From contig DIHQ01000091.1 in NCBI GenBank assembly GCA_002420235.1, positions 1-46,038 of the forward strand: a DNA stretch of 46,038 nt. The letters are read 5' to 3'. Shown piece after piece: positions 18,043 through 27,569 of this stretch. The notes under the pieces are model-generated. The model had not been told where the DNA came from, ran no database searches, and saw nothing but the letters and a program-made list of their open reading frames with translations. Position 1 is the stretch's first letter. Each line of letters opens with the position of its first letter. Origin of the DNA: Flavobacteriales bacterium UBA5692. Its GTDB lineage: Bacteria > Bacteroidota > Bacteroidia > Flavobacteriales_D > Sanyastnellaceae. A program made the translations under genes and the position numbers.

Positions 18043-20136
18043 ATGCCATCCCCTCCTTCATACCGCTACCCCAAACGGTTGATGATGACATCGGCCTTGC
18101 CCTATGCAAATGGTCAAATCCACATCGGACACGTAGCCGGAGCCTACCTCCCTGGAGACATTCGGGCCCGCTTCGAACGGATGGCAGGATCGGATGTCGT
18201 ATGGGTATGCGGTAGCGACGAACACGGTGCGGCTATCACTCTACGTGCGAAAAAAGCTCAGGTCACACCGCGGGAAATCGTAGACCGATATCACGAGGAG
18301 ATGCAACAGGCATTTGAAGGGTTGGACATTTCGTTCGATCATTATTCCAGAACATCAAGCGAACGCCATCACGATGTTGCACAAAATTTCTTCCTGACCC
18401 TTCTTGAAAAGGGAAGTTTCGAGGTCAAGACAGAGGCTCAGTTTTACGATCCGAAGGCCAAACAATTCCTCGCTGACCGGTATATCACCGGCACGTGCCC
18501 AAAATGCCAAGATGACGGTGCTTATGGCGACCAATGCGAAAAATGTGGAAGCGCACTGTCTCCCACTGAGCTCATTGACCCTAAATCGACCTTGAGCGGC
18601 GCCAAGCCTGAACTTAAGGACACTACACTTTGGTACCTGCCCATGGGTCGGCACGAAAGATGGCTCAAGGAGTACATCGAAAAAGGCATATTTGAAGGTC
18701 AGCCCCATCACGACGCGTCCGCATGGAAGGCACATGTCAGCGGCCAATGCCGAAGCTGGATTGACAGCGGTCTACAAAGCCGTGCCATGACACGAGACCT
18801 CGATTGGGGTGTCCCGGTGCCTGTCGAAGGAGCTGAAGGTAAGGTCCTGTATGTTTGGCTTGATGCGCCCATCGGTTACATCACCTCGACAATGGAATGG
18901 GCAGAACAGAATGACGCACGATGGCAAGATTGGTGGAAAACCGACGAGACTGAGCTAATCCACTTCATCGGCAAGGATAACATCGTATTCCACTGTCTCA
19001 TATTCCCCATCTTATTACGAGAACACGGTGGTTATATTCTGCCCACCAACGTGCCGGCGAACGCGTTCATGAACCTAGAAGGCGATAAGATTTCTACCTC
19101 ACGCAACTGGGCGGTATGGGTCAACGATTTCCTTCAAGAATTCCCTGGCAAAAGTGACGAATTACGCTATGTATTGGCAAGCATCATGCCTGAACAAAAA
19201 GACAGTGAATTTACTTGGGCCGATTACCGCGAACGCGTCAACAACGAATTGGCCGACGTGCTGGGAAACTTCGTAAACCGCGTGTTGGTGTTGACACGAA
19301 AGTACTATGACGGGAATGTCCCTGCCATCAATGCAGCTGACTTGAACAACACTGACCACGCTGTGCTTGAAACGTTGTCTGAGGCACCGTCGCAAATCGC
19401 CGACCTCGTCCGACGCAATCGTTTCCGAGATGCTCTACAAGCCGCCATGGGCATCGCGCGTTTAGGTAACAAATACATGACCGAACAGGAACCTTGGAAG
19501 GCTTATAAGGCCAATCCCACACGTGCGGCAGTAATACTCAACACCTGCATCCAAGTCGCAGCCAACTGTGCGGTTCTACTGGAACCGTTCTTACCAAAAT
19601 CCGCAGCCAAGCTACAAAGTGCTTTTGGCATCGAGAATCCCACTTGGGCTGATGCTGCCCCCGATATGATACAGGTCGGAAGTATTTTGAGCGAGTTACC
19701 AATTTTGTTTGAAAAAGTAGAGGCTGAAGTCGTGGACGCACAAGTATCCAAGCTCGAATCAGCTCGCGCAGCGACAAATGTTGCCCGCCCGGAGTTTAAA
19801 CCGCAAAAAGACACTATGACGTTTGAAGATTTTCAAAAACTGGACTTGCGCGTAGGCGAGGTCATCGCCTGCGAACGAGTTCCCAAAGCGGACAGGTTGC
19901 TAAATTTAACCATTCGATCGGGCCTCGACGAACGCACCGTATTGAGCGGGATTGCTGAGCATTTCGCTCCGGAAGATGTTGTTGGGCGGCGAGTGACTCT
20001 GCTCGCTAACCTCGCACCTCGCAAAATTCGTGGAATCGAAAGTCAAGGAATGATTCTTATGGCTGAAACTGCAGACGGTTCTCTGCGGTTCGTTACACCT
20101 GAAGAAGGGGCTGAAGCTGGCGATGTAATTAGCTAA
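18043..20136 (+). CDS. metG: Methionine--tRNA ligase with C-terminal tRNA-binding (EMAP/Trbp111-like) domain
   Basis: ALPYANGQIHIGH (HIGH motif), CPKC..CEKC zinc knuckles, a KISTSR (KMSKS-like) motif, and a C-terminal DLRVGEV..AERV..DRLL module. Start set at ATG 18043; the tracked ORF extends upstream into ldcA. Confidence 0.93.
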   Translation: MPSPPSYRYPKRLMMTSALPYANGQIHIGHVAGAYLPGDIRARFERMAGSDVVWVCGSDEHGAAITLRAKKAQVTPREIVDRYHEEMQQAFEGLDISFDHYSRTSSERHHDVAQNFFLTLLEKGSFEVKTEAQFYDPKAKQFLADRYITGTCPKCQDDGAYGDQCEKCGSALSPTELIDPKSTLSGAKPELKDTTLWYLPMGRHERWLKEYIEKGIFEGQPHHDASAWKAHVSGQCRSWIDSGLQSRAMTRDLDWGVPVPVEGAEGKVLYVWLDAPIGYITSTMEWAEQNDARWQDWWKTDETELIHFIGKDNIVFHCLIFPILLREHGGYILPTNVPANAFMNLEGDKISTSRNWAVWVNDFLQEFPGKSDELRYVLASIMPEQKDSEFTWADYRERVNNELADVLGNFVNRVLVLTRKYYDGNVPAINAADLNNTDHAVLETLSEAPSQIADLVRRNRFRDALQAAMGIARLGNKYMTEQEPWKAYKANPTRAAVILNTCIQVAANCAVLLEPFLPKSAAKLQSAFGIENPTWADAAPDMIQVGSILSELPILFEKVEAEVVDAQVSKLESARAATNVARPEFKPQKDTMTFEDFQKLDLRVGEVIACERVPKADRLLNLTIRSGLDERTVLSGIAEHFAPEDVVGRRVTLLANLAPRKIRGIESQGMILMAETADGSLRFVTPEEGAEAGDVIS

Positions 20137-20295
20137 AATCCACCCACCCAACGATACTTACAGGGCGTGGACTTCACCTTTTACACCAATGCTTTCTCTA
20201 CATAAAACGGCCAACGTGGCAAAGGCCACCCATGAGGCAAAGGTCCGAGATTTAGTCTGCTTCTTGGCTCAGATTTCGCATTGAAGTTATCTTTA

Positions 20296-23160
20296 TTAGA
20301 ACATCATCTTGAGCATAGCGGAGAGTGTCCGTCCGTAAGCCCAGTAGCCTTCCAATTTGCCGTTTTCGACCGTGCCCTGGATTTTCTCCCCAGTCTGCGG
20401 GTCCGTCACAAACGTCTCAAACCCATCGCTGATGTAAATGTTATTCAATGCATTCTGCACGTTCAAGCTGGCCATCCAGTTCATGCCTGCCGCCTCAAAC
20501 CGGTAACTGCCGCGGAGGTCGAGGTACCCGAACGCCGGCAACATGACCGGCTGCAATCCGGCACGGTCGGGATTGGTGCGGTCGGTGTCCACTTGGAAGC
20601 GCGCGTAGAGGTTCCAGTTATAAACGTAGTTAGCTCCAATCCTAAATCGTTTGGTTACATCGAAATTTGACAGGAAGCCAACCTGCGATTGGGGCGCGTC
20701 GCTGACCTTCAAACCTGCAGAGTATATGTAGAGAGTTTCAAGGACTTGCCCGCCTTCTTCAGCCGTGATCTCCGCATTGACGTCGTTGTCCCACCGCCAA
20801 TTCCCGAAAGAAGCCATGCCGCCGATCTCCGCCCATGAAGTGGGGCGTGTGCGCCATTCAATCTCCACGCCTTCGTGGGTTTGGATCAGGCCCGTGATGA
20901 AGGCGCGATATTCGGTGCCGTCCGGACGGAGCAACGGGCTGCTCATGATGCTCTTGTCGCGCCATTGAGTGTGGTAGGCATTTACATCAAATGATACCCC
21001 GCGCCAGCGGAACCGGTAGCCTGCCTCGATGGCAGCCACCTTCTCGTTGGTCAAGCGATCGTTGCTCAACACGTTAGAATAGTTCGTGAAGACGTAGCGG
21101 ATGAACGGCGCACGCGAGTAGTAGCCACCGTTGAGGTACAGGTGGCTGGTCTTACCGAGGCGCACACTGCCGCCCGCCTTCAAATTGAACCCGATGCTGC
21201 TGGCCTTTTGGGACTTGATGCCGTAAACAAATTCTTCCGTGGTTTCGAGTTCGCCTGTTTGCTCATTGACTTGGGTGACTCCCTGCACCCCCGTCTCGTC
21301 GTAGCGGAAATACTTGTACGGATCGATGCGGCGGTAGGTGGTGTTCGAAATGGTCCCTGCACCGAACAAGCTAAACCGGTCGTCCTTGTACTCGGCCTGC
21401 GCAAACCCTCCCGCATACTGCACGCGTCCAATGTCGTCGTAGTCCACTTTGTCGCCAGGCTGGGCCATCAAAGCGTAATCTGGATTGACGCCGTACCCAT
21501 CGCTGCTGCTGAAAGACTGGAGGTAAAAATCCCCGCCGAGCAGGTTGTCTACGCGGGTGAAGTGTTTGCCGCTGTAATACCGCGCATCCACACCTGCCAT
21601 CAAGCGCACGCAGTCGTTAACTTCGTGCCGCAGCGTGGACAGTATGCCTGTCCAGAAGTGCTCGTTGTGTGCATTTTCGATGACGCTGCGGCTGCGGCCG
21701 CCCACAATCGTATCGTTCCCCACCACAATGGGATCGCCGAACTCATGAAGCGTGTCAATCCATGCTTGCGCATCAACGTCGTAGGCAATTTGGTCCGCTG
21801 CGTACGTGACCGGCTGGGAGTTGTTGGCGTTGGAATCCCATAGGTAGTCCCAGTTCAGGGACGTTTTGACCGAGCGCTCCACACCCGCGGTGTCAACATA
21901 CGTATCGCTGACTCGGGGATTGCTGGTGCCATCGTAGCGCGAGCCATAGCCTTTACCGGTGCTGATGTAAAAACTGGTGGCGAGGTTGGTGCGCTCGCTC
22001 AACTGCCAGTAGTCGTTCAAGGCAAACTGTGGTTTGTGGTACCCATTGACCCGCGCGTTCAAGACCTCGTTCTCCTGCCCCCCGCGGTTCAGGTATCCCC
22101 AATCGTCGTTCCATCGGTGCGCCTCGTAGCCGAGGTTTTGGATGTCGTTGAAGCGATCCACAGTCAGCTGACCCCGGCGTTGCCCGTGGGTCTGAGGAGC
22201 GCCAATGGCCGTAAAGACCAGTCGGTGGGCGCCGAAGTCTTTGGCGGCAGTGAGGAAGTAACTCCACGCGTCAATGAACGTGGCATCGACGTAGGCATTT
22301 CCCATCGTCCGGCTGCCAACGGCACTAACGGCCCAGCCGTTTTCCATCACCCCAGAACTCAACGAGAGCATGGTTTTGTAGCGGCCGTAATCGGTCACGC
22401 TCTGCATCAAGCTACCGCCCTTTTTGGTATCGGTAGCCTTCGTGATGATATTCAATGTGCCGCCCACAGAGTTGATGGCCAGCTTCGAGGCGCCCAAGCC
22501 GCGTTGCACTTGCATGGTGTTGACCGCGTCGCCGAGGCCGGCCCAGTTTGACCAATACACCCAGCCGTTTTCCATGTCGTTGACCGGAATTCCGTTGATC
22601 AACACGGCCACATTGCGCTGGTCAAACCCCCGGATGTTGATGCGGCTGTCGCCAAAACCGCCCCCGCTCTTCGTGGCGTACACACCAGGGGTGATGTTCA
22701 ACGTTTCCACCAATTCCTTGTCCCCCAATTGCTCTTGGATGGTCTTGGCATCCAACGTGGAAACTGCAACCGGCGTCTCCCGGTCGATGGCCACCGATGC
22801 GATGACATTCGCTTCGCTCAGGCCGATGGTCGAAGACTTCATGGTAATGGGTCCGAGGTCCAACACCCAGACATCGGCCCCCAACGTGCAGGACTGTCGG
22901 TGGGTTTCGTACCCGATCATGCTGATGACCAACTCAACGGCCCCCGTCTCCCTTGATGTGAATGCGAAGCGGCCCTCGTAATCCGAGACGGCTCCCATGC
23001 GGGATTCTTGGAGGAATACGGATGCGCCGGGCAGGGCGTCGCCGGTTTCGGCGTCGATGACGGTGCCTTTGATTTGGGTCTGAGCGGATAGGGTTGGGCA
23101 AAGGCCTGCACATGCAATCAGCAGGGCGCTGCCCAAAAGGAGTCGGAGCGTTTTGCGCAT
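20296..23160 (-). CDS. TonB-dependent outer-membrane receptor with N-terminal carboxypeptidase-regulatory-like domain
   Basis: 954 aa with a signal peptide and a CarbopepD_reg-like segment (IKGTVIDAETGDALPGASVFL). It also has a plug (INIRGFDQRNVAVLINGIPVND) and a long beta-barrel ending in ..LKMMF (C-terminal Phe). No SusD partner is adjacent. Confidence 0.88.
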   Translation of the reverse strand: MRKTLRLLLGSALLIACAGLCPTLSAQTQIKGTVIDAETGDALPGASVFLQESRMGAVSDYEGRFAFTSRETGAVELVISMIGYETHRQSCTLGADVWVLDLGPITMKSSTIGLSEANVIASVAIDRETPVAVSTLDAKTIQEQLGDKELVETLNITPGVYATKSGGGFGDSRINIRGFDQRNVAVLINGIPVNDMENGWVYWSNWAGLGDAVNTMQVQRGLGASKLAINSVGGTLNIITKATDTKKGGSLMQSVTDYGRYKTMLSLSSGVMENGWAVSAVGSRTMGNAYVDATFIDAWSYFLTAAKDFGAHRLVFTAIGAPQTHGQRRGQLTVDRFNDIQNLGYEAHRWNDDWGYLNRGGQENEVLNARVNGYHKPQFALNDYWQLSERTNLATSFYISTGKGYGSRYDGTSNPRVSDTYVDTAGVERSVKTSLNWDYLWDSNANNSQPVTYAADQIAYDVDAQAWIDTLHEFGDPIVVGNDTIVGGRSRSVIENAHNEHFWTGILSTLRHEVNDCVRLMAGVDARYYSGKHFTRVDNLLGGDFYLQSFSSSDGYGVNPDYALMAQPGDKVDYDDIGRVQYAGGFAQAEYKDDRFSLFGAGTISNTTYRRIDPYKYFRYDETGVQGVTQVNEQTGELETTEEFVYGIKSQKASSIGFNLKAGGSVRLGKTSHLYLNGGYYSRAPFIRYVFTNYSNVLSNDRLTNEKVAAIEAGYRFRWRGVSFDVNAYHTQWRDKSIMSSPLLRPDGTEYRAFITGLIQTHEGVEIEWRTRPTSWAEIGGMASFGNWRWDNDVNAEITAEEGGQVLETLYIYSAGLKVSDAPQSQVGFLSNFDVTKRFRIGANYVYNWNLYARFQVDTDRTNPDRAGLQPVMLPAFGYLDLRGSYRFEAAGMNWMASLNVQNALNNIYISDGFETFVTDPQTGEKIQGTVENGKLEGYWAYGRTLSAMLKMMF

Positions 23161-23240
23161 CGGAGGAAGACTTGGTTGTAGTGGCTACGTGAGCCATTCG
23201 CAACGCAAGATAGCGCGCACGTTATGGAAACCAAGCGGCC

Positions 23241-24245
23241 TCAGGCCCAACGCCCGCGTTCGAGCAGGTATTGGGCAATTTGTACCGTATTCGTGGCCGC
23301 TCCTTTGCGCAGGTTGTCCGCGACCACCCACAGGTGCAGCCCGCGTTCATTGACCAAATCCCGCCGAATGCGCCCCACGAAGACCTCGTTCTTGCCGACA
23401 GCCGTAAGCGGCATGGGGTACCGATTGTGCGCCGGTTCGTCTTGCACCACCACCCCGGGAAAGTCCGCCAGTTTTTGCCGGACTTCGTGGAGTTCAAACG
23501 GATGCTCGAACTCGAGGTAAACGCTTTCGCTGTGCCCGCCCATCACCGGCACGCGAACCGCTGTGCAGGTCATGTGCACGTCCGCATCACCCAAGATTTT
23601 CTTGGTTTCATTCCACACCTTCATCTCCTCTCGCGTGTACCCGTTGTCGCCGAAAACGTCGCAATGCGGCAGGCAATTCAAATCAATCGGGTGGGGATAA
23701 ACAGGTGCTTCGACAGGCTCCCCAGCGCGCTCGGATTCGAGCTGTACGATGGCCGCTTTGCCCGTTCCGGTGATGCTTTGGTACGTGCTCACCACGCCGC
23801 GCTGGATGCAGAACGCGTCGTGCAAGGGCTTGAGCGCCATCACGAGCTGCATCGTCGTGCAATTCGGGTTGGCGATGATGCGGTTATCCGGACCGATGGT
23901 GTCACCGTTGACTTCCGGCACCACGAGTGGACAATCCGGATCCATGCGCCAGGCACTGCTGTTGTCAATAACCGTTGTTCCTGCATTAGCAAACTGAGGG
24001 GCATAGTGCCTCGACACATCTACCCCTGCACTAAAAAGTGACAAATGTGGGCATTCCGCAAGTACGTCCTCAACTGTTTGCAAAGTCCACTCCCGCCCTT
24101 GAAACCCAACCTTCTTTCCAGCGCTTTGCTCACTGTCCGCAGGAAGTAATTTATCTACCGGCAGGGCCAACTCCTCTATCACTTCCAGCATCATGCGTCC
24201 AACGAGCCCACTCACTCCAATTACCGCCAATTTTAATCCTTTCAT
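23241..24245 (-). CDS. asd: Aspartate-semialdehyde dehydrogenase
   Basis: 334 aa with the N-terminal Rossmann motif AVIGVSGLVG, the active-site context IANPNCTTM, and the SGHS-type region GGHSESV. Confidence 0.93.
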   Translation of the reverse strand: MKGLKLAVIGVSGLVGRMMLEVIEELALPVDKLLPADSEQSAGKKVGFQGREWTLQTVEDVLAECPHLSLFSAGVDVSRHYAPQFANAGTTVIDNSSAWRMDPDCPLVVPEVNGDTIGPDNRIIANPNCTTMQLVMALKPLHDAFCIQRGVVSTYQSITGTGKAAIVQLESERAGEPVEAPVYPHPIDLNCLPHCDVFGDNGYTREEMKVWNETKKILGDADVHMTCTAVRVPVMGGHSESVYLEFEHPFELHEVRQKLADFPGVVVQDEPAHNRYPMPLTAVGKNEVFVGRIRRDLVNERGLHLWVVADNLRKGAATNTVQIAQYLLERGRWA

Positions 24246-24338
24246 GGTCGTATTTTAAAGCTGCAAATTTCCACCTGATGTTCATGAATTCAACACATTT
24301 GGAGTACGATTTTTGCTCAGCTTCGTTGAAAAACAGAC

Positions 24339-27300
24339 GTGCGGGGAATTCGGATTCTTTTGTTTTGTGCAGGGAGTTTATGGACCGGGTCTTTACGAAG
24401 CCAATCGGAATGGATAGAGCACGGATCTCTTGACCTTTGGACTCGTGAAGGTGACTATTGGCAGTTGAATGCTGAAGAAGCTGGAACGGCCTCCCTTGTG
24501 CTACTCCCTCAGCACCAAATTAGTCAGTCATTGGGCTGCTCATTTCGAGTCCGCTGGTGCCAACAATTTTCAGGGTCTAATGCTAATTTCACAAGACTGC
24601 ATTGGCTTTTCGATTCCACGCAGTGGGCCACATCCCCTACGTTGGAAATTCCAGCAAATGGATTTTCCGTGCTCGACGAACACGGCTCCCTCTCCTTCAT
24701 GCATTTAGGCGAAACCGGTGATAACGACTCAATTCAATGGTATAGCAAAGCATCCGATGAATCTTGGGATTCCATCGTCTCCCGAATTAATAATGCGCAT
24801 TTTCCTGAATCTTTCACGTTTGAGCTGAATTGGCTTCAAGAGGGTGGTGGTGATTCTGCACGAATCACAATTGCTCGAGTATACGAAGATGGGAGCCATC
24901 CTGTCGTCGAATTTGGGGCACAAGCCTCACATGAGCTGCCCGTAGGCATTGGTTTTTCCGTGCAATTCACCGCTTCAAATTCGGATGCAGCTTCAATTGA
25001 AATCCTTGAATACGCCCCTTATGCTCCTGACACCCTAGCGCCTGTTGTTCAGCGTGGAAGATTACTTGCAAACGGAGGGCTACAATTGGAATTTTCTGAA
25101 CCCATGAATACCCAATCCGGTCTGATTTTTGCGCCGGACGCGCAAGAATCTGTCCCCTTTACATGGATATCCTCCCCGGGACGAAAAGCGATTGCCCTAC
25201 CGGAACTGTCCCCATGGCCAAAAATGCAATTTCGACTAATTGGATTCCAGGACATGAATAATCAGTCCATGACAGATACAACCATCAGTGTATACCCAAC
25301 CAAGTCCGTCGCCGAAAGAGGCGATATTCTGATAACAGAACTTATGATTGCCTCACCCATTCATGGCGAATGGATTGAAATCCTCAATGCAACCGATTCA
25401 GCCATTGATGTGAACGACTTGAGCATATGGGACGGAAGCACGGAATCGGCCAAGTCTATCGTCCCTGGGTTGGGGTGGGATGGGGTTCTCAATCCCGGAC
25501 ATCGAACGATAATAGCGAATCAATGGGATTCTTGGATGTCGGAATATGATTTCTCATTTTTTGCCGAGATCCAGCCTCCTATTACGCTTGCAAATGCCGG
25601 CGAAAATATCGCAATTCATTCAGCCACTGGCAGAATTATCGACGAGCTAACTTTCAACAATAGTTGGTGGCGAGGAGGAGAAACCATCGGGCTACAAAAA
25701 AAATATCTCAGTGGGTGTACTCTAGAACAGAATTGGATTGCAATTGATAATGACATGGCGTCGAGTCCGGGAACTCCAAGCCCAACTGAATGGCCGATGG
25801 ATACGGTGATCCAACTGGTCGCTAAATCGGTCGTTGCCCTTGGGCCGGGCATTGGCATGTTTACACTTAATCAATTTCTCCACCCCGATAGCGAGCCCTC
25901 CATCAAAGACGGCTGGTTGTGGCAGGATGCGACGCAACCAGACGCGCTTTTCTGGCGAATTGACAGCCTACAAGAAAATAGTGAGTGGCATATTACCGCT
26001 GCCGGAGTTCAGGGATGCTTGGACTCAACTGCCTCTTCCTTAAGAGCTAGTCTTAGAATCGGTAAATTCCCAGAAGATGGCAACATCATCATTACTGAAA
26101 TCGCACATGACCCTAAAGGTCTGTCTACACCATGGGGGACATTCATTGAGTTGTTGAATACCAGTGAAAACCAAACCTTAGAACTTGCCGGTTGCTCTAT
26201 CAATGAGACACAAATGAATGAAGTGCGGCCCCTTCCCCCGCTCGGTCGCATTTGCATCCCTGTATCGTTGAATAAAGAAAGCGGAAGGGCAGTCCTGCGG
26301 AATTACCAAGGTGGGATAATTGATGAAGTAACATACAGCAGATGTTGGCATCGTCAACGCCAACATGCCGAGTCAGGACTTAGCCTTGTGCGTATCCAAC
26401 CAGAATCCGGACGCGTCCATCCTAGCGCTTGGTGGGCATGGACTTCAAGCGCTGAGGCGACCACCGGCTGCTCACCTGGCATGGTTGATAAAGCTGAATC
26501 GCAGGTTATCACACCTCCCGAATGGTCCGCTATTGCTTGCGGCGAATACAACGGCAAAAAGGTCGTTTTGTTTTCAGCTCCAGCAGAACTTCAATCGCCT
26601 TGGACCGCAGTCGACTTATTTAATGAAAAAGGTATGATGTGGACCAACACTACCGATTTGGTATCCCCTTTTGAAAATCTCTGTCCGGCTTCAGGCACCA
26701 CATTTGATGCCAGAGATGTTGGTCTAAATGAAGTTAGGAAATGGGACTCCGATGGCGCTGAACCTTTTATAGAGATCGCTAACCCAAGTGCGACCTGGGC
26801 TTCAACTGAAAACCTATTCTGGTCTAGCGCCTCCATTCCATTTCCGGATGACTGGGCTCCAATTAGTGCAGACACTAAGTGGTTCATCCCCCCCCAAGAA
26901 ACCTTGGCATTTACAGAGTGTCCATCCCGAATAGAGTCAAGCGGCAAGGGAACGGTACATGCCAAGCTTCCCAGCCTGTGGGGGAGCGTCGAACTTCGAT
27001 TGGCCGGAGAAGGCGAGTTGCTCGATGCCTTTCTATTCCAACCCGAAATGGAAGCGCCATGGCATACGATGCTGCACAGCATCGAAAAGACCACACGTGA
27101 TGCGCGTAATGATAATGCGCAATGGATAACTGCGGCCTCCGCATTAGGGAATACCGCAAGTTCATGGAACAGTTGGCAAACACACCCAGAATTGGGCTTG
27201 AACATGGAAATCCTCCGCATTCTAAATGCTAACGGTTACGCTTCCCCTAGCGGCGAGGTGCTTCCCGTCTCCTTTCAAGTAACAGCACCAGACCAGGAAG

Positions 27301-27530
27301 CATGGGAATTACATTGGACCATTGAAAACAACGTCGGTACGGTGATTGCTTCCAATTCCGCCGCGCCAATCTTAATAGAAGGCAAAAATCCTATCGTGTG
27401 TCATTGGAATGGGGCCTATGGATCAATCTATGCAGCGCCTGGACCATATTTGTTGAAACTCGAATTGCATTCTTTGCAAAGCCTTCGCTGTATTTACGCT
27501 CAGGCGCCAGTCGCCATTTGTCCGCCTTAA
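24339..27530 (+). CDS. Large secreted multi-domain protein with three lamin-tail-domain (LTD)-like modules and a C-terminal Ig-like (FlgD-Ig/T9SS-like) domain
   Basis: 1063 aa from a GTG start, with signal peptide MRGIRILLFCAGSLWTGSLRSQ. LTD signatures are ILITELM..GEWIEILN (about 25320-25710), IIITEIAHDP..GTFIELLN (about 26079-26410) and a degenerate LNEV....AEPFIEIAN (about 26721-27090). There is also an LEFSEPM Ig-like module, and the C-terminus reads WNGAYGSIYAAPGPYLLKLEL. Confidence 0.65.
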   Translation: MRGIRILLFCAGSLWTGSLRSQSEWIEHGSLDLWTREGDYWQLNAEEAGTASLVLLPQHQISQSLGCSFRVRWCQQFSGSNANFTRLHWLFDSTQWATSPTLEIPANGFSVLDEHGSLSFMHLGETGDNDSIQWYSKASDESWDSIVSRINNAHFPESFTFELNWLQEGGGDSARITIARVYEDGSHPVVEFGAQASHELPVGIGFSVQFTASNSDAASIEILEYAPYAPDTLAPVVQRGRLLANGGLQLEFSEPMNTQSGLIFAPDAQESVPFTWISSPGRKAIALPELSPWPKMQFRLIGFQDMNNQSMTDTTISVYPTKSVAERGDILITELMIASPIHGEWIEILNATDSAIDVNDLSIWDGSTESAKSIVPGLGWDGVLNPGHRTIIANQWDSWMSEYDFSFFAEIQPPITLANAGENIAIHSATGRIIDELTFNNSWWRGGETIGLQKKYLSGCTLEQNWIAIDNDMASSPGTPSPTEWPMDTVIQLVAKSVVALGPGIGMFTLNQFLHPDSEPSIKDGWLWQDATQPDALFWRIDSLQENSEWHITAAGVQGCLDSTASSLRASLRIGKFPEDGNIIITEIAHDPKGLSTPWGTFIELLNTSENQTLELAGCSINETQMNEVRPLPPLGRICIPVSLNKESGRAVLRNYQGGIIDEVTYSRCWHRQRQHAESGLSLVRIQPESGRVHPSAWWAWTSSAEATTGCSPGMVDKAESQVITPPEWSAIACGEYNGKKVVLFSAPAELQSPWTAVDLFNEKGMMWTNTTDLVSPFENLCPASGTTFDARDVGLNEVRKWDSDGAEPFIEIANPSATWASTENLFWSSASIPFPDDWAPISADTKWFIPPQETLAFTECPSRIESSGKGTVHAKLPSLWGSVELRLAGEGELLDAFLFQPEMEAPWHTMLHSIEKTTRDARNDNAQWITAASALGNTASSWNSWQTHPELGLNMEILRILNANGYASPSGEVLPVSFQVTAPDQEAWELHWTIENNVGTVIASNSAAPILIEGKNPIVCHWNGAYGSIYAAPGPYLLKLELHSLQSLRCIYAQAPVAICPP

Positions 27531-27569
27531 CAACACAAAAATTTCCTGGAACTTTGGCATCTTCGCATT

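Noticed and set aside
20137-20295. 159-nt convergent gap between metG and the receptor gene: a 5-bp hairpin GTGGC-AAAG-GCCAC (20216-20229) and a direct repeat GGCAAAGG (20218 and 20236). Possible terminator or sRNA.
   Set aside because: The stem is too short, there is no adjacent T-run on the plus strand and only a displaced one on the minus strand, and there is no covariation evidence. It is not convincing as a terminator or structured RNA.
21142-21843. 233-aa antisense ORF, plus others at 22036-22551 and 22424-22981, inside the TonB-dependent receptor gene
   Set aside because: The sequences are low-complexity and rich in Ala, Arg, Val and Pro, typical of shadow ORFs opposite GC3-rich coding sequence. 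The minus-strand receptor reading frame is unambiguous.
23161-23240. Possible riboswitch or leader upstream of the TonB-dependent receptor. The dxs (37751-37863) and purD (34451-34557) leaders were checked too.
   Set aside because: The gaps are too short for cobalamin or TPP aptamers, and I saw none of the conserved core strings (for example CTGAGA for TPP).
20330-23950. Apparent GC-rich patch covering the TonB-dependent receptor and most of asd (possible horizontally acquired island)
   Set aside because: Hand counts of individual 60-nt lines gave about 55-65% GC here against about 48-55% in many other lines. However, kbl and parts of the LTD gene reach similar values. Both genes are core functions, and there are no flanking repeats, tRNA or integrase. 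A sliding-window GC/GC3 and codon-usage computation is needed before any claim.
23271-24041. 256-aa antisense ORF inside asd
   Set aside because: Shadow ORF opposite a strongly conserved housekeeping gene, with no recognisable motifs.
26591-27220. 209-aa antisense ORF inside the LTD protein gene
   Set aside because: It has no start context or motifs and lies entirely within a longer ORF that has a signal peptide and repeated domain signatures. I cannot exclude it formally without expression data.
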